A stretch of DNA of 64,000 nucleotides from the NCBI GenBank assembly GCA_001244265.2, contig CDLV01000008.1, forward strand, positions 434,001 to 498,000. The letters are read 5' to 3'. Below the pieces are notes generated by a model, which was given only the letters and a program-made list of their open reading frames with translations, had not been told where the DNA came from and made no database searches. Position numbers and translations under genes: made by a program. This document shows, piece after piece, positions 14,101 to 25,618 of the stretch. Position 1 is the stretch's first letter. Each line of letters begins with the position of its first letter. Source of the stretch: Microbotryum violaceum (lineage: Eukaryota).

Positions 14101-14768
14101 TGGTGCACCTAGATAGCTTACCGGGCACTGACGGGCTCTGAGCAGGAGTGCGACGATGCCGAGAATGGCCATACGCTCTTCAAAGACGTAGGCGGTGATG
14201 CGATCCCAGTGGTCCTCCGAGAGTGGTTCGTCGTTGGCGGTGCGCTCGTCGTCGTACACACTCTGTAATACGATGCGAGCGCTGTGTTGGTCGATCTGGA
14301 ATCGGTGCGCGAGATCATCCACGACGTGCGACTGCTTGCGCTTGCTGCTGTTGTTGGCGGGTACGAGGGCACGGGTAAGCTTGCGAGAGCGTGTGAAGGG
14401 CTCGTACGGCTTGACGAGTTGGGACAAGTTGCGTTCGAGGAAGGCTTGGACGTTGTCGAGCGCGGTGGAGGATGAGCTCGAGCTCGAGGAGACCGACGAC
14501 GCCGACTCGAGCAGGTGCAATGCGGTCGCAAATGGCCTGTGGAGGGGAGTGAGAGGTGTGTGTGTGTGAGCTCGTTGAAGCAGGGACTGTACTGTGTTTC
14601 GACTTGCATGTTATGACCGCCCTGGTCGTTGTCATCATCGCTGGGCAACCGAGAAGGACCGGCCGAAGAAGTGCTGGCACTCGCACTCGCACTCGCACTC
14701 GCACTCGTACTGAGCGTGTTGTGGTCGGACTGACCCAATGGGCTCGGACGACCAAAGGAGGGTGCCAT
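8174..14768 (-). CDS. NUP188: Large alpha-solenoid nucleoporin, Nup188-like (about 2000 aa), multi-exon
   Basis: Long Leu-rich helical ORFs of 954 and 784 aa plus flanking exons joined by GT-AG introns. N-terminal segments YVFEERMAILGIV and WAKQLLREQKALLEIVFLIFY resemble Nup188. Confidence 0.68.
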
Positions 14769-15187
14769 GCGCCTGTCTTGGGCCGATGATGTGTGTGTGC
14801 GAGTGGTCGTGCAGAGAAACCAGAAGCACAAGTAGAAGCTCACCTTCTCGGAAGCGCAACTTCTCGCGACCTTCACCTTGGTATCGACCCCGAGGCGCGC
14901 GTGCACAATTCGACAATTCGTGAATAGAGACGATTTCGCCGACTCTAATCCGAATTGTGATATCGTTCGCTGGGCTTGGCTCGCGTTGGCCCCCGACGTC
15001 GACGACGCCGACCCCACACGATTTGGTTGCGCCGCTTGCTTCCACTCCCTCACCTCGCCATCACCCTCGCCTCGGGACGTGCCCCACCTCTCGCCCATCC
15101 TCTCGGTCAGCGTCACGCCTGGAAGCCACCGTCCTCTCCAAGCTCTTGAGCCCCACTTGCCTCCCCCCCACCCCCCACTGGAACACG

Positions 15188-16836
15188 ATGTCGACTCGAG
15201 CAGCTCCGTCGCAGCAGGCGGTGCCGATGCTGGCTCGCTTCATCCCGGCCCGCTTTGCGCAACGTTCGTCCCTGCGACCGGCGGTCATGTTGATTGCCTT
15301 CTTTGGCGCAGGTGAGTCGTGCGAGCTTATCTGGTCTCGGTGACTGCGTCTGGCAAGTGGGGCGTTGGGGTCGAGCCATTCATGTTCGGGCGTGGCGAAC
15401 GGATCGATCGGTCGCCAGCAATGATCAAACCCCCTATCCAAACTGACTATCTCTTTTCTCTTCGACCCACGCACACGCACACGCACACGCACACGCACAC
15501 GCTCCAGCCTACTCTCTGTTCGCGACCGCATCGCTCGTTCGGCGTCGCAATGACCAAGACAGTCAGTTGCACTCTCTGCCAGCTCGAGCAACTCGACTCG
15601 GGCGCCAGCCACGTCACGACCCTCGGCTCACCGTGAAGCTGACCTCGCATCCGACCTCCCGCAGCCTCGTCCAAACTGCACACCATGTACCTCGTGCTGA
15701 TCATACTCTACGCCCTGACCGCCGCCGTGGAGGCGTTTGGGGTCGTAGCGTAAGTGTTTGCGAACGCGCGCCGCTCGCTTCGGACAAGTTGGGACTCGGA
15801 GGCGCGACCCCATTCGGCACTCGGATTCGGATTCGGATTCGGATTTGCATTCGGGCGCCTTCCGCTGCCTTCCGCGACACGCGCGCCTTCCATTTCCAGC
15901 CAGCCAGCCAGCCAGCTAGCTTTTTCTATCCTCTTCCCATGCGCCACGCTCGCACCCGCACCGCATCGCTACTCGTATCATCTCCCATCCCTGACCCCCT
16001 CGTTCTGACTTTGCATCTGCTACAGCGTCTACCGTTCCTCAATCGGACTCGTCAAGGCCTACTTCCTCGCCAGCGTCGCCGTCGCCTTGGTTGTCACCGG
16101 AGCAGAATGTACTCGCCTCGCGCTCCACTTTACCGACAAGGTGCGCTCCACGTCCGTTCACCCACCGTGCACGAGCACGAGCACGAGCTCAAACTCATCT
16201 CTTTCTCTCCTCTTTTCTCAGAGCGCCATCATCTCGGCGTGTGTGTCCACTGAAACCCTCATTGACTCGATTGCCGGAACGCCCTCCACCTCGGACATTG
16301 ATGATATCGACAACTATTGTCGCGCCTTGTGGCAACGCAACGTCTACTGGGACTTCGGCCTTCTCGTATTCTCCCTTCTCCTCTCTGTCCTCTTCGCCTC
16401 GACCGTAGCGACCTATCTCCAACAATTGCTCAACCCCGCCTTGACGCGCCAACACCACGTCCAAGTGCAAAACTTCAACACCGCCGGTTCATCGCAATAC
16501 AATTACCCCGGTGGAATCTACCCCGGTGGGATCTACCCCGGTGGTATCTACCCCGCGGGCGCCTACCCCCCTAACCCTTACGGACAACCTTCCGCTCCTC
16601 CCTTGTATCAACCCGGTTTCGTACCCGCTTATGAACCGAATGCGTTCGTCGCAAATAATCCAGATGGAGAAAAGGGGGAGGCTGCGAATCCTTTTGGTGA
16701 TCGACAGCGTCTGACGACCGAGCAGAGGGAACAGATGGAACATGATCGCGAAGTGGAGGCCGAACGAAGGAGAACGAATGCGAGTACAGAAACGGTGACG
16801 TTGGAACCGAGGAGGGGGAATGAGGCCAGAGTTTAA
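15188..16836 (+). CDS. Uncharacterised multi-pass (about 4 TM) membrane protein with Pro/Tyr/Gly-rich C-terminal tail
   Basis: Several short exons encoding hydrophobic helices (AVMLIAFFGA; MYLVLIILYALTAAVEAFGVV; YFLASVAVALVVTG; FGLLVFSLLLSVLFAS), a Cys pair in the loop and YPGGI repeats. Confidence 0.65.
16504..16560 (+). repeat. Coding 15-bp tandem repeat (YPGGI x3 plus YPAG)
   Basis: TACCCCGGTGGnATC repeated three times, varying only at the wobble base. Confidence 0.9.
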
Positions 16837-17156
16837 GCGAGCGACGACGCCGATTCGAAGCTGCAGGGGCGGCCTCTTCTTCTTCTCTTCCTTGTGTAGA
16901 CCTTCTTACTAGATCACTTACACTTTCTTTTCGTCTTTCTCTCTACGCGTATCAGTTCCATGATCATGTCAACAACTAGGCTCTCACACACGAAACAACA
17001 CAACGGCTCAGCAGACATATAAAATTTTCAGCACCAGCAGAAGGTAACAGAGAGCAGGCACAAAGGCCAATTAGTTCAGAATCGAGTGCAGGAACTCCAG
17101 AACACGCCACGCGCCCCAGCGAGAAGAACTAGTAGATCAAGACCCCCTCAACCTCC

Positions 17157-20100
17157 TCATTTCCCACTAAACATCTTTGAAAAGAACCCACTCTTCTTCG
17201 GCGAGGCCGTCCCATCGGGTGAATCCTCCCCCACCCCTCTCGAAAGCCGGCGGTTCTTGGACAACTTGCTGTGCGTTCGACCGTGTTCACCCGAGGTACG
17301 CGAGGGAGAAGCGGGGTCATGGATGCCAACGACGCGGTCCATGACGGAGTCTCTTCGGTCGTCCTGAGTAGAGCACGAGGAAGGAAGAAATCAGCTCCCC
17401 CGAAATGGTGATCCCAAGACGAGTGTGTTCGACTCACATAACCCCCAAAGCCCTGCTCCCCATTGCCCACCCTCGGACTCGCATTCCTCGGGGAGGTCTG
17501 CACAGGGAACTGCGTCCCATCCCCAGGGGCAAAAACATCCCCAAGTGACTTCCTATGCAACTTCTTCCTCCCCGACCCATCCACATGCGTCGCAATCCTC
17601 ATATGAGGTGACTTCTCAACGGGGTGCATGCCCTCGGGGTATTGGTCTTGAAAATGGAGACGTTGGGCATCGCCTGAACGGCGGTCGACGGTGGAGCCTG
17701 ATCCGGCGGTCAAATCGCCACGAGGGGAGTCGGAGTAGGAGTCCCCTTGTTGGCGATAACGGTCGCCTTCAGCTTGTTGGCGGTGATCACCCTCTTGAGG
17801 GTAGCCACCTGGGTGAGGTGATCCACCCTGTTGAAGGTGCTCACCTTGTTGGGGCTGGTAGTATTGGTCCGCGGCCACAGCACCCGCTCCCGCACCAGCA
17901 CCGACGACCGCAGCTTGACGAGGGAAGGAGGGTGACTCAGGCGTCGTCGCTCGTTCTTGCACACCGGGGGTCCCAACAGGCGAGCCCTTCATCGCCCTCG
18001 TCGAGCTAGGCTTGGAAGAAGACTCGGCCCCAGGCAATGAAGACTCGTTGAGCACACGTTGCAGCGAGTTGTTCGTCGTCAGAATAGGCGTCCCTTGTTC
18101 CCCAAGACGGGCGTTGTGATGAGCCAAGGCGGCCGCGCCCAGACCAATACCTCCTGCCCCGACGGCACCCGCTCCGAGCTTTTCGCCCGTCGTCCATCCT
18201 TTTCGATCTTCTTCTTGGGGTGCGACTTCCTCGGGCTGTTGCGAGAGATGCGCGAAATCTTCCCTTGTGGATGACTCGCTTGTAAATCCAGGAACGGTCG
18301 CCGCGGCCGGCGTGACGAGTGACGCGGGATCGACCTTGTCGTGCGAGAAATCTTGACCCAAGGAAGAGTCGTGCGCAACGTAGCGTTGATCCTCGAAGGT
18401 ACCGTGAGCCTCCTCATCTGTATGGACCGTCGGAGCCATGTTTGAGCCCAGGGTCGTGTTGCTGAAACGAGACTTGACTTGTCGATGCTCCGGCTTGAGA
18501 GCCTCGTAGGCGCCAATCGCACCTACACCTCCAAGGGCGGCACCGGCAGCAGCCAATTCGGTCTTGTGAGAGTCATCCTTGGTCGGGTCCTCCTTGATTT
18601 CTCCATCTTGCGCCGCGTCGGCGTTGCTTTCGGCCGTCCTGTCCTCGCCGTTGAGGAGAGTGGTCTTCCCAGGGGTCGCGGCGTCCCGGTCCTCGTCCAT
18701 GACCTTAGGGATGACATAGGACCCAACAGGAGGATCGGCGGGATTGGCGACAGGCAAAGGTGCGGATGAGACCACGGCATCACCGTCTTGCTGGGCAGAG
18801 AATCCGGTAGGGCCCTCGACGCTCGCGACGCCGGTTGAAGTTGAGTCCTTGACGGGAGCAAGAGGCGGTAACGCACTCGCCAGCGGCGGGCCTTGTGGTG
18901 GGGACGGAGATGCCTGTGTGACTGAAGCGATGAGTGAATGAAAACGGTAAGAGGGCATTTTCCGATCGGTGCACTCACCGTTTCGTGATCTTTGACAGCG
19001 GCCGTCGCCAGACCGCCAGCAGCAACTCCTGCTGCACCAGCACCAAGCGCTGCCTTCTCCTTGTCGCTCAGACCTTCTTTAGGCTCCTCGGCGGTTGATG
19101 GATCTTCCCGGATCTCGCGCGAAGTCTCTTGAGAAGAAGGATAATTCGAGGCCACGGTTGCGGGAGTGGACAATTGTTGCACCGGCTGGACAGAACTAGA
19201 GGATTGTCCAGGGCTGGAGAACGCCGCGTAAGTCGGCTCTTGGACGGGCTGAACAGGTTGAATGGGCTTTGCCGCGAATAAGAGCGAGGATTTAGTACAG
19301 GAAGTCCCAAGAACTCGAGTCGGCGAGAGGTGCTAACCATCTTCTCGTGCTGCTTCGCTTCATGGCTGATGGCTGCCGCAGCAAGTCCACCTGCGCCAAC
19401 AACGCCAGCTCCAGCGGCCAGCTTCTCCTTATCCGTCCAGCCTTCCTTGGCTTTCTCGCTGTCTTCTGCCTCCGCATCTTTTACGTCTTGAGCAGTTGCT
19501 TCTGACGACGGTGTGGCCGCAACGGTCGAAGGTGTTTGTTCGTTGAGCGTAAGCGGCTCACTCGTGGTGGCGAGGTCGGGCCTAACGCTGTCAGACTGTG
19601 CAATCGTTCGTCGTTCGGAATGGTCAGACTCGTTCGAATCCTATCGAACTGGAACGCATGCGAACTCACGAAGGCATCGTGGTGCTCGTGCTCGTGCGCA
19701 GCAGCAGCGGCGAGCCCAGCTGCCCCAAGTCCAGCTCCAGCACCGAGAGCAGCCTTTTCACTACTCGAAAGGCCCTCCTCCTTGATCGGCGTGCTCGACG
19801 CTGATTCTTCAGTCTGGACACCGGTCGATATGAGGTTGCTCTTCCAGGCAGGATCGGGGACAACGTTCGACACGGCCGAGTCGCGAGCTTGTTCCGTGAG
19901 GTCGGTTGTGGGTTCTTCGATCTCCTTGTCAACGACGGCGGTACCGGCCGCACCGGCAACCAAGGCCGACAGATCCTGGTGAGCATCTTCTCCACGGAGC
20001 ATTTGCTGAGCCGGAGACGCGGCGAGGGCGGCTTGGGTCTTTTGCTCGGTCACGTCCTCGGGGACCAAAGTCGCCGTGTGCTTAGACGAGGGTGATCCTT

Positions 20101-20485
20101 TGGGAGTCACATCCTGACTCTGAGTCGTACCGAGCTGTTCATTCGGGGTATCGGTGTGGGCGAGCCCTTTCTCCAAGCCTTGCCTCTCGAGCCCGGCCAC
20201 ACCAGCGGCCAAGCCAGCGACGACACCGGCTACGGGACCGCCGAGGAGCAAACCGGCCCCCGTGGCGAGGATGGCAGGAGCAAGGACGTCATGTTCGGCT
20301 CGCATCGGTTCCTCGGTCGTTTCTTCGGAATGAAGGGGACCCATCGACCTTCCGGCTTGCTCAAGGGGCCCTTCGTTTTGAAGGTAGGCATCCGCAGCGG
20401 GAGTCTCGGGCCAGAAGCCTGGTGCGTGCGGGGTGGGCAGTGCATCGACTTCGGCCGGGCTGAGCAGGGCATGGTCTGGCGACAT
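17157..20485 (-). CDS. Large low-complexity hypothetical protein with repeated Gly/Ala-rich motif, multi-exon
   Basis: Same-strand ORFs of 384, 219 and 609 aa separated by GT-AG introns, ending SGFFSKMFSGK*. Confidence 0.7.
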
Positions 20486-20977
20486 GCTGCTTCCTTTTGT
20501 CAAGACGCTCAAAGTCAAGGGAAGGAGGAGGGGGGATGCGGGGAGATGGGATCTGAGGGTCGGAAGATGGAAGGGAGCCCGGGCCTCGAGAGGGTGGCTC
20601 GTCGAGCGTCGCCATCGGAATTCGAGAGCGATCAAACGACGTCACCGATTGCGCTGGGCTAGCACAGGACTCGATCTCCCACCCGCGCCTTCCGAGTCGT
20701 TGCGCATGACGGACCCTCTGCACAGCAACACTTGAGCGTGCGGATAGAACTCTGGCATGACTACTGTGCTTACAGAAACTTGGCCATGAACACTTACCTG
20801 TATGCGAAAACAAATTATGTCTCGCATTTTCAGCAGCCCGAAGTCGATCGGCTCGGTTACCGTTCAGCAGGTGGGGTAGATCGCAAACTGGGTCCGTGCG
20901 CCGCCGGCCCGTTAGGTCGAGCTTCGTATTGGCCGTCCTCTCGGTCCGACTGCGAGCGGAGCTAGTGATTACGCGTG

Positions 20978-22555
20978 ATGGCGCCCCACCTGCTCCTCCC
21001 CTCCTTGCTCAGCAACAGCAAGGACCTCAGCTATAGCTCGAACGCCAGTCCTTTCATCCTCATCACCGACTCGCTCGTGCAGCCTGGCCTGCTGCTGTTG
21101 CAACAGTTCATCTCGTCCGCGCTGTCGAGGTAAGCTCCGTCCTCCTCCTAGGCGTGCTCCAACCAGATATCACGAATGTGCTGACCCATTACATGGTCGT
21201 TTTGAACAGGAATGACGAACATGTCGTCGTTGTCACACTCGAACAATCTCCTTCGCGATTGCTGCCATTCGCCGCCTCGACCGGCGCTTCGCATGCGAAC
21301 TTCCAACTCGTCGATGCCGTCTCGAGCCTATCCAAGACCTATGCTTCGACTTCGGCCACTCCCCTCGGCGACTCCTTTCTCGATCTGCACCAAACAAACG
21401 GAGTCAAACGCCTCGTCAAGGCCGTTGTAACGGCAATCGAGCGCGCTCAGCAAAAGAGCTCAAGCGTGCTCGTCGTCTTGGATTCGGTCGACCGCTTGCA
21501 CGAGCTCGCTGATTTGCATGGTGTGCGCACAACACTACAAGCCGTGTTAAAAGCGCTGTCCACAGTAAAATGTTTGTTCTCTTGGACTTGACTCATCCAT
21601 GCTATGATCCATGCTGACCAAGTAGACTCGGTCGTATCGGAGCAGATTCGACCTCTCGCCTAGTCGCTCTGCATCACCACGCCTTCCCATCTCCAACACC
21701 TACCCCGGCGTCGACCTCTTCCGCCCTTCTTGCTTACTTGCTCTCGCCTTCCCTCTCCTCCTCAACAGTACACCTGACCTTGCACCCCTCCCCCCTCGTC
21801 GAGCTCCTATCTCGCGAATACACCCTCCAAATACCCCTTACGCCTCATTACTCTATCCCAATCGACCTCCGTCTTCCCGAGTTCCTCAGATCCTTCAACG
21901 ATCGTTCCTACGGTGACCCCTTCAGACGACCCCGTTCGACGAGGGACGAGGACGAGCGGATACCCTTGGATCTCTTGGGCTCTTCAGGGAACGATGGTGG
22001 GGCTTGCGTCGTCGAGTGGAGTACGAGGGGCGTCGTCTTGCCTACACAGGTGTTGAGAAACAGTATTGGGGGGATGGTGAATGGCAAGATTGAAAGGAGG
22101 GTCCTGACTAGGGGAGTCGAGGGAGTGATCAAGAAGGATCGAGGGGTTCAGGGGGTCGGGTTGGACCGAGTGCTCAGGAAGGACAGGATGGCCAGTGTGG
22201 TACGTCGCTCGAGTCGTTCAACTCTGTCCATACATCCAGGAAGCTGACTAACGAGCCTGCTGGCCTACAGAATCTTTCGTCCCTCGCTACGCCGTCGACG
22301 ACAGCGACACCGGCCTCATCGAAACCAACAAAATCTTCGCAGCCTACAAACTCGATCGAAGCGCCTTTACCGTTCAACCTCTCTCTCACCTCATCACAAG
22401 AATCTGCCCGATCTTCGGTCCCATTACCCTTCGTAGCAAAAAAAGGTGATGCAGCTATGTATCAAGGTCTTGGTGGAGTTGGTAAAGTTGAGTATGAACC
22501 GGACGAAGGAGATGATATGGACGATGATGATCCGGACGAGGATTTGGAAGTTTAG
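20978..22555 (+). CDS. ELP5: Elongator complex subunit Elp5, multi-exon
   Basis: N-terminal PFILITDSLVQPG, VVLDS and the diagnostic C-terminus LPFNLSLTSSQESARSSVPLPF...YEPDEGDDMDDDDPDEDLEV*. Confidence 0.85.
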
Positions 22556-24256
22556 CCTGTCGTACATCTTGAGGTCTAGGCAGATGCCTTCTACGCGTGC
22601 GAATGAATCTACCGAGACGGTAGTACCCTATGATGGTCTCTTGCCGACGTTGGAAGTCTCGAAAATTCCAGCGCGGGGCCGGAACAGCTGAAACATGCTC
22701 GGGCTTGCTTAAAGTGTAGGCGAGGTCGGGCGCTGGCTGACAAAATGGCATCAGCACATGTCAATGACCGATAAAGGTGCGATTCACCGTTCATTCGGCT
22801 CTATCGAGATGGGTGCTCAGGCCCGGATCCTTTTTAATGTAAGCGGACTCGTTTCAGGGTACCAATGAGGATGCTGATCATTCTTTCCCCGAGGCTGCGG
22901 GGTGCATGCCGTTGCCCCGCCCGCCGCATTGGAGCCCACGACTGCCAGTCTCCTACGCAGCTGAACTACTATCTTCAAAGCTGAAGGGGTCCATTTGATA
23001 CCATTTATTGAAGTGCTCAGGTGGTAAGGTTTTTTGGCTGTGCGATCACGAGGATTTGCTGATCTTTTGACGGCTGATAAGTTGCGGCCCTAAACACCCT
23101 CGAGGCTTTGACTACATCTCTGACTACTCCGGGTTTCACCTGCACCGACCCCCACGCAGGGCTACCGCTACCGTGCTTCACCCGCGGCAAGGCTCAGCTG
23201 TGAACGGCATTTGTTGGCCCCTGGCCAGCACGAGGTACCCATGTTCTGACTCTGTCAAAAACTTTTCGGTACCTACATTACCTCTCCTAACATCCCCTTC
23301 CCGGACCACGTGCATTTTATTTCGGGCCCGCTGTGAGATAAGCGCCGCGTCCTCCCCTGTGTCTTTCACACATCCCGTGTATGCACTCGGCCACTGGGCC
23401 CTGGGGACGGCCTTCTGACAATGACCGCGGAACACTACTACTTGCGCGGTCGCGTGTCCTCTCAATAGAGGTCCTTCACATCATCTTCAATGTGGAACCC
23501 TGCCCTACTATTCCATTGTTGGGGAGTTAACTATGTGGAGCCATGTACGTAGATGCACATGGGAATCAAGGTACGAGAAAGACAGAATGCCGCGGGAAAG
23601 ACGAGACCTCGCCTCGGACTGCAGTGGGCGGTAAGGAAGCGAGCAGATCTAGAAGTGGAGATGAATGACGTCCCGCGCGGCGCGTGCTGATTCTGCCCAC
23701 TGCGCGTGGGCGATCCGAGTCTTTTCCCACCGCCGAAGCTCCACTTTTATTTACGGATAGGGAACATCATGTTTCCCACTACCTCTTTGGCCTCTTGCTG
23801 TACATCGTGTAGTACATGGTGTTGCACCACAGTCCAAAAAAGGCTTGCCTAAGCATGAAGTCGTATACGCTCTACAACTCGTGTAGCAATAGCAACGTTT
23901 GAACCCCCAACCCCAGCGACGACGACAAATAACGCGATGCAAAATGAATTGCGGAGGGTAGCCGTGAAAATTCCGAGTAACCTGTTCTCTTCGGGGTGTT
24001 GCAATCTATTAATGTCATGCGCTTATCACCTATTGCTCTTTTGCGTCCGATCAGAAAATCTCTCCTACCCGTGTCTTGGTCAACCTCGCACCGCGATTTT
24101 AGACCCCTTGCATGATAATTGTGTTCCAACAGACATGAGATCATAGAACACGCCGCTACATGTTGATAGGCTTGATGACTCCGGGTGTTGTAGTCGAAAC
24201 AAGCGGGATCACAACCCTCCTGCGGCTGGGTAAAAGGCACTAACTGCTAGGGCCAC

Positions 24257-25618
24257 TTTTTATTTATTTGATAGACTTCATTAACAGCATAATTCTATTA
24301 ATACCTAGAAATCTTCGGAAAACTCGGAGGGAATGCTGTTACGCACACTGGCAGAAGCCAGTAGTGTAGGACTCATTGACCCTGAACCAGGATAAACCAT
24401 ACCCACTAAAACCCCCTTTGGTGTCTTACAGAGACACTAGGCGACCCTTGGACTCCTGGATAGAGGCTCGAAGCCCCTCGAACTCCGTTTCGGTGATCGG
24501 TTCCAAAAGATCCGACGAGAATCGACGACGGCGACAGAGCTTCCAGATCGAGTGAAAGAAGAGGACTCGTAGTTCGACAAGTCGACGTTCCGAGCGAGAC
24601 ACGACCGGGCATACAAAGTCCACAAAGACTGGGTGGGGGGTCGGGCACAGAGCAGACCAGAGGCGCCGGGCACATGGGCAGCCGACCGCGAGGTGAACCA
24701 GGCACTCGGGTGCTTCCGAGAGGCACATCACACAGGAGGTAGATCGATTGTTGGCATGTGGGCTGGTTGGGGAGGCGACTTGGCTTCCCGGATGGAGGGA
24801 CCCCAGGGAGAGAAGATGGCGGGTATCCTCGGCGTCCGAGTGAACCCGGCGAACCTTGCGCAAAGCCTTCCACCAAGCGTTCCAGCGTTGCTCAGGCAAA
24901 TCGAATACCTTCTGGTGTCCCTTGGGGAAGATAAGGGGGAAGATGAAGACTTGGTGGCGTTTGGACGCGTTCACAAACGAAGACGGGGTCATCACCTCGC
25001 CATCGGGCCCTCGAAAAAGTGTCGGGTTTACCGAGAGTTGTATTCCGTGGCCCGCTGGAAGATGAGTACGTGCGTCGCCCATTGCTCGAGGTTCTGGCTC
25101 TTGGAGAGTTCCGGGGGATTGAGCGTGGTCACCGACGCCCAGGCTTCGAAGTATCGGACCCAACGAGCAGGAAGAAGTTTTGTCGTTTTTCTCACCGCAT
25201 GGTCCCACTTTGGGGGAGGATGGCAAAAGTATGCCCACCAGATCCAAATCCAAGGGCAACGATGCTGGTTGGGGGCCGGTCTGGACAAGGTGAAAGGGGT
25301 TGGCTCGTTTGGTGCCTGGAGGCGGATGCGGATGTCGAAGAGGTGGCGTGTGAAGCAGCCGTCCGGGGCCCGGAGCTCGAAGACCCACTTCGCGTGATCG
25401 ATTGCTAGACGCCGAGGCAGATCAATCAAACCGAAGCCGCCGTGATCAAGAGGGGCGCAGAGGCGCGACCGGGAGACCTTCGGACGTCGCTGAGTACCAT
25501 CCGAAGCTCGACCGTGAATGGCGAGCATGGCGGCCTCCTCGATCTCCTTGACAACGCTCTTGGGGGCGGGAAGGAATCGGCTGTAGTACAAGATCTTTGT
25601 GTAGAAGTAGATGTTGAT
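24257..25618 (-). mobile_element. 5'-truncated non-LTR retrotransposon (LINE) family A, copy 1
   Basis: Post-RT region with GGFGLID and a zf-RVT-type CVMC...HLAVGC zinc knuckle, 3' UTR and A-rich tail. Near-identical to 46886-48248. Flanked by GCCAC at 24252-24256 and 25620-25624 (candidate TSD). Confidence 0.92.

Noticed and set aside
14677..15920. Short microsatellites (GCACTC, CACACG, GGATTC, GCCA)
   Set aside because: Ordinary slippage repeats in low-complexity coding sequence and introns.
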